Shown piece by piece: positions 35,711 to 47,400 of a stretch of 64,000 nt of DNA. The DNA lies in contig JAAILG010000673.1 in the NCBI GenBank assembly GCA_012026655.1, forward strand, positions 1 through 64,000, in the 5' to 3' direction. The notes under the pieces are model-generated. The model had not been told where the DNA came from, searched no databases, and was given only the letters and a program-made list of their open reading frames with translations. Position 1 is the first letter of the stretch, and the number at the start of each line of letters is the position of its first letter. A program made the position numbers and the translations under genes. The DNA comes from Hydrolagus affinis (Eukaryota).

Positions 35711-37770
35711 TAAAAGGGTGGTAAGCATATGGAACTCGCTACAGAAAGGTGTGAAGTGGAGAGCATCAAAATATTTAAGAGGAAACGTGATGAATACATG
35801 AGGGAGAGGAAAATGGAGAGGATTAGGAGGGATGAAGAGTTGTGTAGAGTATAAAAAATGATGAGGCGGGATGGATAGAATCATTCTGTGCTGTAATGAT
35901 CTATGTGATTGGCACAGTGAGTGCATCTGGTACTTTTGCAGCCTATTTTGTTTTATAATGCAAGTGGAAAGCTAAACGCCAATTCCCATAACTGCAGTAT
36001 TGCTTATCCCTCAGTGGGCACATTAAACATTTGCCTCTGACCATGATGTTGGTATATTGATGTCAGCAACCTCTGTGGAAATTACTGAGCAGTGTAAAGT
36101 GGCTGTAAAATTCGCTTTAATTTAATAACATTTTTAAGTTCGCTGGCGTGGAGAAGTGCCAGTGGAAATAGAAAATCCCATTTAGAAATAAAAATCCAAT
36201 TTCCATCACAGGAACACCCTCCAAACGTCAACAACAGCTCACTTGCTCGTAATTGCAAGAGCGTTCACTCAGATGCATTGTGTTCGGGTTGTACACTGAA
36301 TGCAAGATTGAGATGTGGTGCTTGCTGTGGCCGGATATGTAATGTGATGCTTAACTCCAGTTGTGAGAGACGTGTTTGTAACCCACTCGTCAGTCGTGTG
36401 CGCTCCAGGGCTTCGAGCCTGAATTCATTCCATGGTGGAAAGTATGATTTCAGTACTGAATTAGTATGCTGGACTTTCTTGTTTGCATGTTGACCGCACC
36501 CTGCAGCTCATGTCCGCCACATGTCGCTATCTTAAATTGCACTGAGAACGTCAAGTTTTAGGTTGCCAGATTGTGGCAAAATCGAAACCTTCGATGCTAT
36601 CAAATAGGATCTTATCCATCTGCAAACCTGTCCATTCATTGTCTGTCTTGTGCACAGTGCTTGATGTTCCTTTAGTTGTACGAAACAACAATTATGAATT
36701 TGCCAATGGAAAATATATATGAAAGCTTTACTGTCTCTGATACTCCATGTGAATGATTGTCAGACTGTTTTAAAAATTATCTTCCGATATTCTGATGGGA
36801 CCCCCCTCTGCCCCCAGCTCCCACCCCCAGCTCGGGTAATTGTTATTCTTGAGTGCCTTGGGACATTCTCCCGACATGAAATGTGTTAAATAAATGTAAA
36901 TTTGGGTTGTATCATAGGATGAATAATTTTGAAATCTTTCTGTACACTTGTCAAAAGCAGTGAAACTATTATTTTCCTGTCATCCACCATTATCCCCTTC
37001 TCATAAAACAAACCCAATACTATTGGATTGCATTCCCAGATTGATTAATGTCCATTAATGATGTTATGGAATTGGTTAGTCATGTCTTCTATGGCCATCT
37101 CTTTAAAAATTCACTTAGTGTCATTCTCTGGAGCTGAAAACCGAGACCAATTTGAACACTTCAGTAAGAATGACTACGTATTTTTAAAGTAATAACTTGG
37201 CATGTTATGTTGAGGTTGTGAAAGTAAGGTCCCAAATGTCATTGGGTGTGGCAATTTGGTTAGTCAATAAATCTCTTTGATGACCTAGGTTTGTGTGCAC
37301 ATTTTTGTTAATGTTAAACCAAATTCTGCTGGCTAGAAAGAGAAGTTATTCATTCCACCCACCCCCCATGGCAGAAACAGTATTTATTGTACTCTTGCTC
37401 TAGAGCATTGAGTTCCCATGTTGTTCTAGTGTATTATTGCACATTGGAAAATATGATTTGATGTTTGGTCACTGTGTGACTAGATCCCACTTCCCGTCAA
37501 TCCAATTCCTTTGGCGTAGCGCTCACAGTGGATTTCCAAAAGACAAACAAAGCCACAGTGTTTTGAAAACCAAAGATTGTCATCTTTGTGTTAAATGCCA
37601 CCCTCTCTCTCTCTCTTTATACACATGTCTGGCAATAAAGGATCAAACCACTGTGAATATTTTCACATCTTGCTACAGTGGAACCATTTGCCAAGAAGCA
37701 TATTTATGCCAACTTTCCACAAATAATGTATCAGCCTTTTTTTTATTGATTTACATATTTATGTATATTT

Positions 37771-37823
37771 ATGTGTGTGTGTGTGTATGTGAGCGTGTGT
37801 GTGTATATATATATATATATATA
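37771..37823. repeat. (TG)n(TA)n microsatellite
   Basis: Read directly from the sequence. Confidence 0.9.
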
Positions 37824-39589
37824 GATAATACAGAAAAAACAGTTAAAGTACAAAAGTCTGAAATACAACTACCATTTGGTTTGGCATCTTCGGGCATTTG
37901 GAATCCACAGAACCAGAGGAAATGCCTCTTTTTTTGTTCACATTCTATGTTTAAAGTGTAGAAACTGTAAAGTGAACCAAAGCTCATGGGTTCCCTGGAG
38001 GATATTTTAGGGAGAGAATCGTGAGTGAATTCCTAGTTACGTTACTTTGGGAGGGGGGAGAATCCTACCTCATAGACAATGGTAAAGAAATTCCACTCAT
38101 GCTATTGTGTGGCAAACACAAATTGGTAAAGTCATTTGAAGAAAGTAACCCCATTGATAAAAGAGTAAATGAAAGGGCTTCCTCTTCGATCATGCCTATA
38201 GTGACCTCCTCCCCGGCTCTCCATTGTGCTCGGCCACTGTCAAGTGCTTCTGGGCCGTTACCCTGCACCATTAGCCCACGGGGGTAATGAAAGTGGTTGT
38301 TGACGGTAGGAGTTTTGACAAAGATCTTGTGAGCAAATCAATTTGCCAACACAGTGTCGAGGAACAATGAGAGTAGAAGCGCCTGGTTGTTTACGGGCAA
38401 AGTGTTGTTTGTGCATTTTCCTTTCGCAAGCCAACAATCGCTGCTGTTCTGTGCTGAACCCACGTGGAGTAAATCGGATAACTTGTTCCATCGCTTATGC
38501 TACCGGTCTTCTCCAAGAAGGCTCCCTGAGTGGAGGTGAGGCAGTGTTTGTGGCGTTTCTATTTTCCTTCGTGTTGTTTTTTTAAGGAAAAGTTTGTCTC
38601 CTAACTTCGACCACTGAGGCTTTTGCCAAAGGGAAATGTTGCCATTTGCGAGCGTTGCCAATTTTAGTCCACATTGATACATGGCAGCAATATGTAAGCA
38701 ATCCAGGTTTTGTAAACTGTCTAATGTTTCTTGGCAGATTATGAAAGGCTGTACCTTATTGTCAAATCAGATTATGTTTTGTAAAACGAAGTATTAAAAT
38801 AGAGCAGTAGCTATCGAGTATCGGGGAGCTCGTGTTAATATAGTGTCATCAAAACCTTGGCTTGTGGTTTCACCAGCGTGTTAAGCCGTGTGTGTAGTTC
38901 TTTGCTGTGCCAAGAAGGACGTTGGGTTGGGGAGTGGGAAGGTGGACATATATGACCAAATCCACTGTGGCTCTGCTGCTTACCTTGTCTAGCTGCAGAT
39001 CGAGGGAAACAGCGAGCTTTGAGCCCGAGTAAATCAATCCACTTTACACTCGAGACACAGGAACAGTAGTCAGCCATTCATCCCCTCGAGTCTGTTCCAC
39101 CACTCTGTCAGATCATGGCTGATGTGTACCTCACCTCATATCCCTCAATGCATTGATCCAATAAAGATCTGACTTGAAAATTGCAACCGAGCCAGTGCGC
39201 ACAACCTTTGGTGGGAGAGAATTCCAACTTTCCACAATCTTTTGTGATTAAAATACTCAGTTCAGGTTGTAGTGGAATTTCTGCAGGTTGAAGGCGGTTG
39301 ATGGAGGTGACTTTGCCATTCATAGTGTTTCAACGCTCCTGGTACTGCCAGTGCGATGAGTTTCACAGTAGGTCTTCTGCTGAGATGTGAGTTAAACTGT
39401 TCAATAGGGTAATACTGGGCACAGTGTACCTGCCTTCTGTCAGAGTGTAAGGATTATTGAGGCTACAAATTCCTACCTAATCTGCCTTAGTTCTGGATTA
39501 TTGTGCAGAAAGATTGTATTGGTGGTGGAGGTGGGGGAGTTTTGGTAAGAGTGGAATGATGTTACACATCATCGTTGGTTTGTGGAGAG

Positions 39590-39862
39590 TACTGGCTGAG
39601 AGATTAAACTGAGATATCCTCTCCTCTGCCTGATCAAGTGGGACTTCAAGGTCCCGTGGAGCTATTCGAAAAGAGAAGGGAGTTTCTTTCTCCCAGTGTT
39701 CTGGCCAACAAGTAACATTGGTCATTCACTCTTTGTGGGACATCTCTGTGTGTTCGTCCATAAAAAACACAAAGTCACTCAACTATACAGTATATTCTGC
39801 GAAGTGCTTTGGCACATGGTATTGATGTGAAAGGTACAATACAAAATGCAAGGATCATTAAG
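39590..39862 (+). mobile_element. Older Deu-domain SINE
   Basis: AAGGTCCCGTGGAGCTATTCGAAAAGAGAAGGGAGTTTCTTTCTCCCAGTGTTCTGGCCAAC, plus the shared tail. Confidence 0.75.
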
Positions 39863-41467
39863 ATTATGAGGATGGCTCACGTGGTATAAAGGTAGATATA
39901 AATGTGGCAGATTATCTTTGGCAGAGCTGCGTATTGGCTGCATCTAAAGTTTCATGTTCTGTCCGTGCGCTTGGAGAAAATCCGAAAAGTTATGTTTCGA
40001 AAAGCGCTGACCCCAAAAGTGCTGGGAATGGAAAGAGACCAAATGACCCGGGGGTTATGAGAGCTCTTGTCCCTCGACTGAGACAGAACAGAACACTTTT
40101 AGAGCATTTTATTCCACAGAAAAGTTCACAGTATGAAAGGGTTCTTGCAAAGTTTGCTTTGAAAGCAAGGCCAGAGGGTCACAAATGTTTCTGGTCATTC
40201 CTTCATCCTTGCATTCTACTTGAAAGTGGAGTCCTGAGAGCTAAGAGCCCTTCCTTGAAGATTAATCCAAGTTATGTTAGCATAGACGATTTCAAAACAA
40301 TAAATAATAATAATAATCCTTGCACAGTAATTGGTATAGTGCCTTTCATGTCAAAAGGATGTTCCAAAGCGCTTCACGGGAATCACTGTAAAGTGGAGTG
40401 ATCATTTTATTTTGGGAGGGGGATTGTGTGCAACTGGCTACCACGTTTAAACAGCAAGATGCAGTCAGTCCATGTAATGTTGTTGTTATTATTGTGATAG
40501 AATAACCCTTTGGAAGAGTAGGCAAGTTTTATGAAACAGGTCAGATGTATGCAATGCTTTCACGAAGGATGGCTGAAGGTACGGTTGAAGAGTTTACCTC
40601 TCATAGGAACAGATGTAAAATAGGAACTGGCCTGTGCCATTCAACCCATTGAGCCTTTTCTATCAGTTTATTAGATTGTGGCTGTTTTTTTTTAATCCTA
40701 ATGTCCTGCTATGTCACCAAACCAGTATTACCTCTACATCCCAAATATCTATCGACCTTTCTCTTTTAAATATACTGTACTGTTAATTTAATGTCCCACA
40801 GTTTTACAATCCTCAGGTGAAGATATTCCTCCTGATCTCAGTGTTAACCATTTTAGTCATGATCTTAATGCTTGTAAGATATTCCCTTTCTAATGGATTG
40901 CAACAGGTGGTTTCATGGTAACTTGTGAAAAGGACATTTTGAGGGCTGAAGTTTGTGTGTGTGTGTTTATACATGCGTGCGTTTGGTGGTTGAGTTGAGA
41001 GAACCAACTACAGTACTTTCAAACAACAACTGTTAAGTGTTTAAAGCAGATCGATCATGGAGAATGTAACTGACATACAGCAACTGTGAATTATTCCATG
41101 TTTAAACTCATGGCTGAAACTTGATGTTGAAATAGGGATTTTAGAAAAAGTACAGGTTTTTGTTTTCCTCCCATTTCAGAAAAAACATCAAATTACATTT
41201 GTGCAGCGCCTTCCACGACAGGTGCTATTTATGCCATTACCCAACCTGAAAATAGCACATGAGTTTACAGGGACAGGAGAGAAAGGGATGGAGATTTCAC
41301 TTACTAATCCTAACAAATATAACTTGTATAACTAAGTCCTTGCATCAATGATTGGAAGAGTTTACTCTCCCAACAAGACACATTTTCACTTAAAAACACA
41401 TTGTGTTCTTCCCCCCACTTCCCCGCCCCACCCCATGAGAGTCTTGTAGTGTACTATTGAAAAAATG

Positions 41468-41815
41468 TGCCTCACAAGCAAGAGGATCCAGGTGGGGAGA
41501 AACCATAGGAAAGTTTCCTTGCTTCACATGCCTCTGTTTACATAGCAGTAAATAGGAACCAGGTTATTAGTTGATTGGCGGATTGCTTTCTGCGGGTAAT
41601 GAGTACCCTCTAACTAAATAAATAAAATAATTTGTTCACTCGTTTCACAACTGTTTGCAGGACACTGCTGTGCATAATTAGCTCTCATGTTTCACCTGCA
41701 AGATACAGTATACAGTCAATTCACCTTGCAGTGTATTCTGTGAAGTGCTTTGGGACGTCTAGAAGATATGAAAAGCGCTATATCAAATGCGCTTAGGATT
41801 ATTTTTATTATTATT
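41468..41815 (+). mobile_element. SINE, long subfamily, ending about 50 bp upstream of exon 3
   Basis: Contains GCCTCTGTTTACATAGCAGTAAATAGGAACC, the Deu-like body and the tail. Confidence 0.85.
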
Positions 41816-41866
41816 TTGTATCAAAATCAAGGGTTATGATTAATATTAATGTATTTGCCCCTGTAG

Positions 41867-42013
41867 ACGTGTTGCGGAGGAAATGGCTCGATTTCATTCT
41901 GTGCAACCTGATAACTGCTGTCCCTCTGAGCGGGCGCCAGGGCTGTGGAAGAGCCTCTCCACGTACCTGTCGATACTCAGTGCAGACATGCCCCTGCCAA
42001 TGAAGGACAAGAG
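41867..42013 (+). CDS. Ethanolamine kinase coding exon 3 (RVAEEMARFHSVQPDNCCPSERAPGLWKSLSTYLSILSADMPLPMKDK)
   Basis: Acceptor tttgcccctgtag|A, donor AG|gtaaga, length 147 nt. It is phase 2 to phase 2, matching the end of exon 2, and aligns with ETNK1 RLIARQLAKIHAI...LWLKMGKYFSL. Confidence 0.9.
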
Positions 42014-42926
42014 GTAAGACTTAGCTCCAAACTCTCTGCTTGGCCCCTGGTGGTGTTTTTTTTCACACACAGTGCAAATAGAGTTTAAAAAGAAGAGGTG
42101 GCCTGAGATGTTAATTGAAGGCTTTATGACAAGTTAAATAAAACAGGATTACAATGTTGTTTGTTTAAAACAGATTTAGGGGTGAATGCAATTGTGGGTC
42201 AATTTCCACATATGTGGTGGGGGTTGGGGTGGGAGGAAAAGGCGCAAAGTGTCATATGAATAAGGCTTTCTTAGATGGTTGCCTTATCAGTTAAAAGGTT
42301 TACTTTGACTTACTTTAGCAGCTGCGTTTGAAATCTTTCATCTGATTCAAGCCAAGATGAAGCAGTTGCCATGTCTGGTTTGTTTCAATGTGGTAGAGAG
42401 AGCTCGAGATGTTATTTACGCCATTGCCCGCGTTATTTTTGTACTCGATAGTACGCTGACTTTGGGAAGCATGCTCCTAATGCACTGTTTCTTTCCCGTG
42501 TTGCACATCCCTTGCACAGAGCGTTTCACCCAGTCCTGCTGTGTAACGGAATCCTTAGGAAATCTACAGGCAAGGAGATTTATAGAGACACTTGTTTTAG
42601 CTACTGAAAATAAATCAGTGGCTATGGTGGGGTAAAAGAAAAACAAGACATTTTTGTGTGAGGGTCGGTTGAAAATCCCCCTTCCCCTTTAAAGGGAATG
42701 AACATAGAATGAAAAGAGGGAAGAGTGAAAGGGCAAATGAAGAAAGTGAAAATGGGTCATTGAAAACCAGTGTCAAAGGCTTCTGTTGTACTGGCTCTGT
42801 TGTTGACTAGGATTTAGTTTGTAGGATGTCACTGACATTTATCTTGAAAAATAAATTTACGAAGCTGTGATGAGAGGACGGTACAGTGGGTATTCTGTAA
42901 TGATACCCACCCTTGCCCCTTAAACT

Positions 42927-43246
42927 GAGTCCTGTAGCTCAGTGATGGAGTCCTACAGCTCAGTGGTTAGAGCACTTGCCTTGCAAATGAGAGACCTGTG
43001 TTTGAATACAGGCAGGGCAAAACCGTGGGCAAGTTTCCTTACTCCACACTCCTGATAATAATCCCTCACCAAAAATATTTTTTTGAAAATGGTCATTTCA
43101 ATCCACGACTGTTCGTGGGACACTGGCTGCTGCGTTTCGCCCACAAATATACAGTCAATTCACTTTACAGTATATTCCGTGAAGCACTTTGAGATGTCTG
43201 GAAGATGTGAAAAGCACTATATCAAATGCAAGGATTATTATTATTA
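42927..43246 (+). mobile_element. Full-length tRNA-derived SINE, short subfamily, with a duplicated 5' end
   Basis: GAGTCCTGTAGCTCAGTGAT is followed directly by GGAGTCCTACAGCTCAGTGGTTAGAGCAC and then a complete body and tail. Confidence 0.9.
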
Positions 43247-43929
43247 CTGTATTTAGAAATAAAAGCTCTTCAAATTTCATTCCAAGATTACGCCTCCTGT
43301 CTACAGACACCACATTGCTTCTCAATAAATCCTGTGTTGGCCTGCACTGCAAATATTTTGAGAACACGATTCTGTTTTACTGTATATACAAGAGTCAATT
43401 TGTTTGGCTGCAATTCTGCCTCCTGATATGAAATCTCGTGTGTCTATATCAGATTGAGTGTTTATGTGAGGAGAGGAGTGGGAGAGGGGTGTTGGTGCTA
43501 GTGGTGGAGGTAACTGCATTGAACTCTTATTGTTAAACTGCACCATGTCAGACACTGTAACTGGTGTTGTATATGTGGGCTGGAGATCTCTATTGCACAA
43601 CCTGTCTAGTAATTCCATCTGGTTTTTGCTATTCCCACTACAAGAGTAATCCATCCATACAACATGCAGCCCCAGCACGTTTCACAGGAAAACTCCAGGC
43701 TGCAAGCAATTTAGGTTTAATAAGACAGAACACTAATATCTGGTTCTTCATTTTTACAGCATTTCATCGATAAAGTAGAGCCTGTTAGTTTCCTCTGAGC
43801 AGCAACTGTGTTTATTTTCGAAGGTGAGGGCAGTTTGTAGTTGCGCTTTGACGCCAGATGATATTGCAATGGTTTCTGCTGCTTCTGTACTTTGTCTGTT
43901 CAAGTTGATTATATTAATATTAATTGGGC

Positions 43930-44410
43930 ATTGCTCTTTGTCACATCATCAACATGTCTCAAGCAATTCACAAGATTTACTGTGAAGTGTGTAGTGACTG
44001 TTTTGTAGGCAAACGGGGCAGACAGTCTCAGTTTTCCACGAACAGCTTCCACGACATGAATGACCAATTTTATTTGGAGAATTGTTGGCCAGATTCCAGG
44101 AGAAAATCCTTTCTCATTTTGAATAGTGCAATGGGATCTTTGACATCCACCTGAACAGCCAGAGCAGAACTTAGTTTAATATCTGATCCAAAGTATTTGA
44201 AATTATTCGAAAAGTGAGGTTTGTTTTTTTGTCCCAGTGTCCTGGCCAACAATCTCCTAAATGTAATGAGTCATTTTTTTGGTCGGGAGGACATTGTTGT
44301 GCACAAATTGGCTGTCACGTTTCCCTACAATACACGAATCCCTAACTCGTTACAGTCGAATCCTGTGATGCACTTTGAGACGCTCAATGACGTGTTAAGG
44401 GATTAAATAC
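43930..44410. mobile_element. Two older Deu-SINE fragments in inverted orientation
   Basis: A - strand copy at 43930-44180 and a + strand copy at 44230-44410 share GTCCTGGCCAACAAT and tail motifs. Confidence 0.7.
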
Positions 44411-47400
44411 AGGGATTTAAATTATGCAGTGCAAAGAACCTTTATTATTTGTTTTAATAAAACACTTTTGGGGGGACCTATTCTGACCTATTAAGTAACC
44501 ATTAACTGCACAGAGGTCTTGTGTGCTGATATTATTTATTTCATCAATCCCTTGGCCGTGTACTGTCTTGTAACTCATCCTTTTACTACAGTGACATGTC
44601 TGTTCCGTAGAGTTTCAGAACTGGTAACACATAATTTACCAAATAAATTTGAAAAAGCTGAGGGACATTTCCGTGCATTGGCACTGTGCAGATAGCACAA
44701 CTTGCTGTATGAATAGCAGATGTTTCAAACTCAGCAGATGACTGGGTCAGCCAGCCTGCATTAGGCTGCTGTACACTCAATAGCTGACAGGTTGGGATTT
44801 TACATCAGTTCAGGCTCCAGCGTTCAATACAACTGGATTGAACAATAAGTTACTGTACATTTTGTGATCCTACTAGGTTGTGGCCATTGTGCCATACAGT
44901 GTATTAAGCTGTCAACGGGGAAACCATCAAACATCTCTTGAATCACTTTATGTGAGGATAAACCTGTCTTTAGCTGTTAGTAAAAATGGATGGAGTGCCA
45001 CAGAAGCCCTTTCAGTTAGGTTCGAGCCTGCGTTCAGGCCACTTAATAATCTTGTGGATCGGCCGGCTTATGGGCTGTGGGATTATTGCTGGGTCTACAT
45101 CACCTCTCGGCACTTCAACGATAATGTCAACTGCAAAGCGTTTGTTGGAGCAAAACCGCCGCAATAATTCTCTTCCTCGGTAGAGATTTATTGCTGAGAT
45201 TGGCCAGTAACTGCATGGTTGGAGAAGCCTGGGGTTATTAATTGCCCTGCGTAGGTAAAAGTACAAAGAGCCGTCTTCGACTGAGAAGACAATGGTTTAT
45301 GGTGGTGGTGCTCTTAATGTGAAAACCCACCCCCCTCACATGTACCCTGCAGAAGCATTACTGCCCCATGTGTCTGTCTGTGAGATGATTATCCTAAATT
45401 GCCAGCAATGAGGGTCTCACAGCAAGAGAGAGAGAGAGAGAGAGTGGGGTAGGGGGAGGTGGGAGGGTAGAAAAGACAAAGAAAGGGAGACTGAGCAAGA
45501 CAGACAGACGTGAACATTTAAAAAACACAAAAGAAAATCTGCAATAATGCTTGCATTTGACATAAAACCTGTGTGATGTCAAACACCTCAAAGTGCTTCA
45601 GAAAGCTTGTGTAGAGTGTAGTGGCTGTATGTTTGTAGGTGAACGCAGCAGCTAATGTGCACCACCCAGCAATGACTCACAAACAGCCATGAAGTGAATG
45701 AGCAACTATATCCGGGGAGATTGCTGGTGAAGAGATTTCTTTTTGAATCCCGTCCGTGGTCTTTAACCTCCCTCCATCTGAACAAGTAGACACTGAGTCA
45801 GTTTGTGATTAGTTTGTGATCGAGTCTTTATTTATTGTTTTCCTGACTGCTGCATTGGCTTACACGTCAGACGTTTCTGTCTGGCACAGAACAAGGATCA
45901 ATCCTTGAGACTTTCCTGTTCTGTTTCACTTGGGCAATTGCTCAGTCAGCTGAGCCATTGGAGGAAGTTCCATTGTGATTCTAATACTGTACATAGGTTG
46001 CGGTTTCCCATGTTGTCAGTTTACCGGTGATGTCAGTGTACAACAGTATGACCAGGCCGGCATGCTTCGAAGTGACTGACCTGCTTGTGTGTAAAACGGG
46101 ACAAAGTTCTAAGATGTGTAAGACTGCAGTTCTCTTGAAACTGCAGCAGGTGGCACTGGCTTTGTGAAAGTTGTGCGAAAAGAAAAAGTAGTGTGTAACA
46201 CACAAATACCCCGCATCTACACTTGTTCCTAAAGTGTATCCGATGTGGTGGTGACACATCGTAACAAGGTTTTCCTCTACCAATGCAATGCCGCAGACTC
46301 CAGCCCTACACAAGACTCCGCTTACAGTGGACTCAGATGATTTTGTTCACCATTACGATATAGCAGACAATAATAATAATAATCCTTGCGTTTGACATAG
46401 TGCTTTTCACATCTTCTAGACGTCTTAAAGCGTTTCAAGACAGATAATTTCCCAGATAATTGGGAAATAAGTACCACTGCTCGGTGCGACTCTGAACACA
46501 TCTGTATTTGAATGCTTTGGACCTGCGATGTGAGGCAGTGCACAAGCCTTGTGTGGGTTTCAGGATTACCAGTATATTGAACTCAGCAGGCACCTGCATC
46601 ACAAGGTAGGGTAGAGCTCTCTCATTGCGTGCATGTGGTGAGGTGCTTGGATATTGGAACGTACCAAGGCTTCAGTACAAAATGTTTCCTAACAAAACCT
46701 TGACGTTTATCGCTGGACGAGAGCTTAGAAAATTTGATCCTGAAACATCCTACCTGTCTGAACTGTCTGTCTACAGTTCACGATTAGTATTCTAGAGTGA
46801 GATGGGTAGGTTCTTGTTATGTCAGAGTTTTAAAGGCTCCAAGGAGAAACAGCAACTGTCATTAAAGAAATTGCCATAGACTAACTGATGGAGCAGGCTT
46901 GATGGACCGAGTGACCTATTGGTGTTGCTAACCATTCCAAACAGGCCCAATGCTTAGTCATGATGCCCAATGCTTAGTGGAGCATAAAATCGCCATTATG
47001 TCGGTAATATGATACTCCAGATTATTTCGCTGGTGTTCTCTTAGCACAATTTGTAGCACATCTCTCACCTCTGGGTGACAAAAGTTACAGGGTTTGAATC
47101 CCACTTTGAGCTCGCACACAGTAAAGGATTGCACTCCAATGCAGTGTGATTGTGGAACGTCACAACACTGAAACAGGCCATTAGTCTGTGACAGTGTTTA
47201 AACTCCATACGAGCCTCCACTCCCTCACAGGGGTGCCAGGGGGAGGATTGCATTGTCAATGTTGCCATACGATTCTTTTTGTGTGGGACATCACTCAGCA
47301 CAAATTGGCTGCCAGTTTGCCTGCAAAATATGTGGTCACCATATAGTGGTGGTTTAAAATGTTCAGCGGTGTGATCAAAGGCAAACTTCCTTTTAGCACC

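Larger units (their letters stand above)
33527..41866 (+). other. Intron 2, GT-AG, 8,340 bp
   Basis: gtaggg...ccctgtag; phase 2 matches on both sides. Confidence 0.9.

Noticed and set aside
37437-37961. 174-aa ORF on +
   Set aside because: It is kept open by CT, TG and TA microsatellites and has no homology.
39904-40401. 165-aa ORF on +
   Set aside because: It has a GTG start, ends in an antisense SINE tail and has no recognisable domain.
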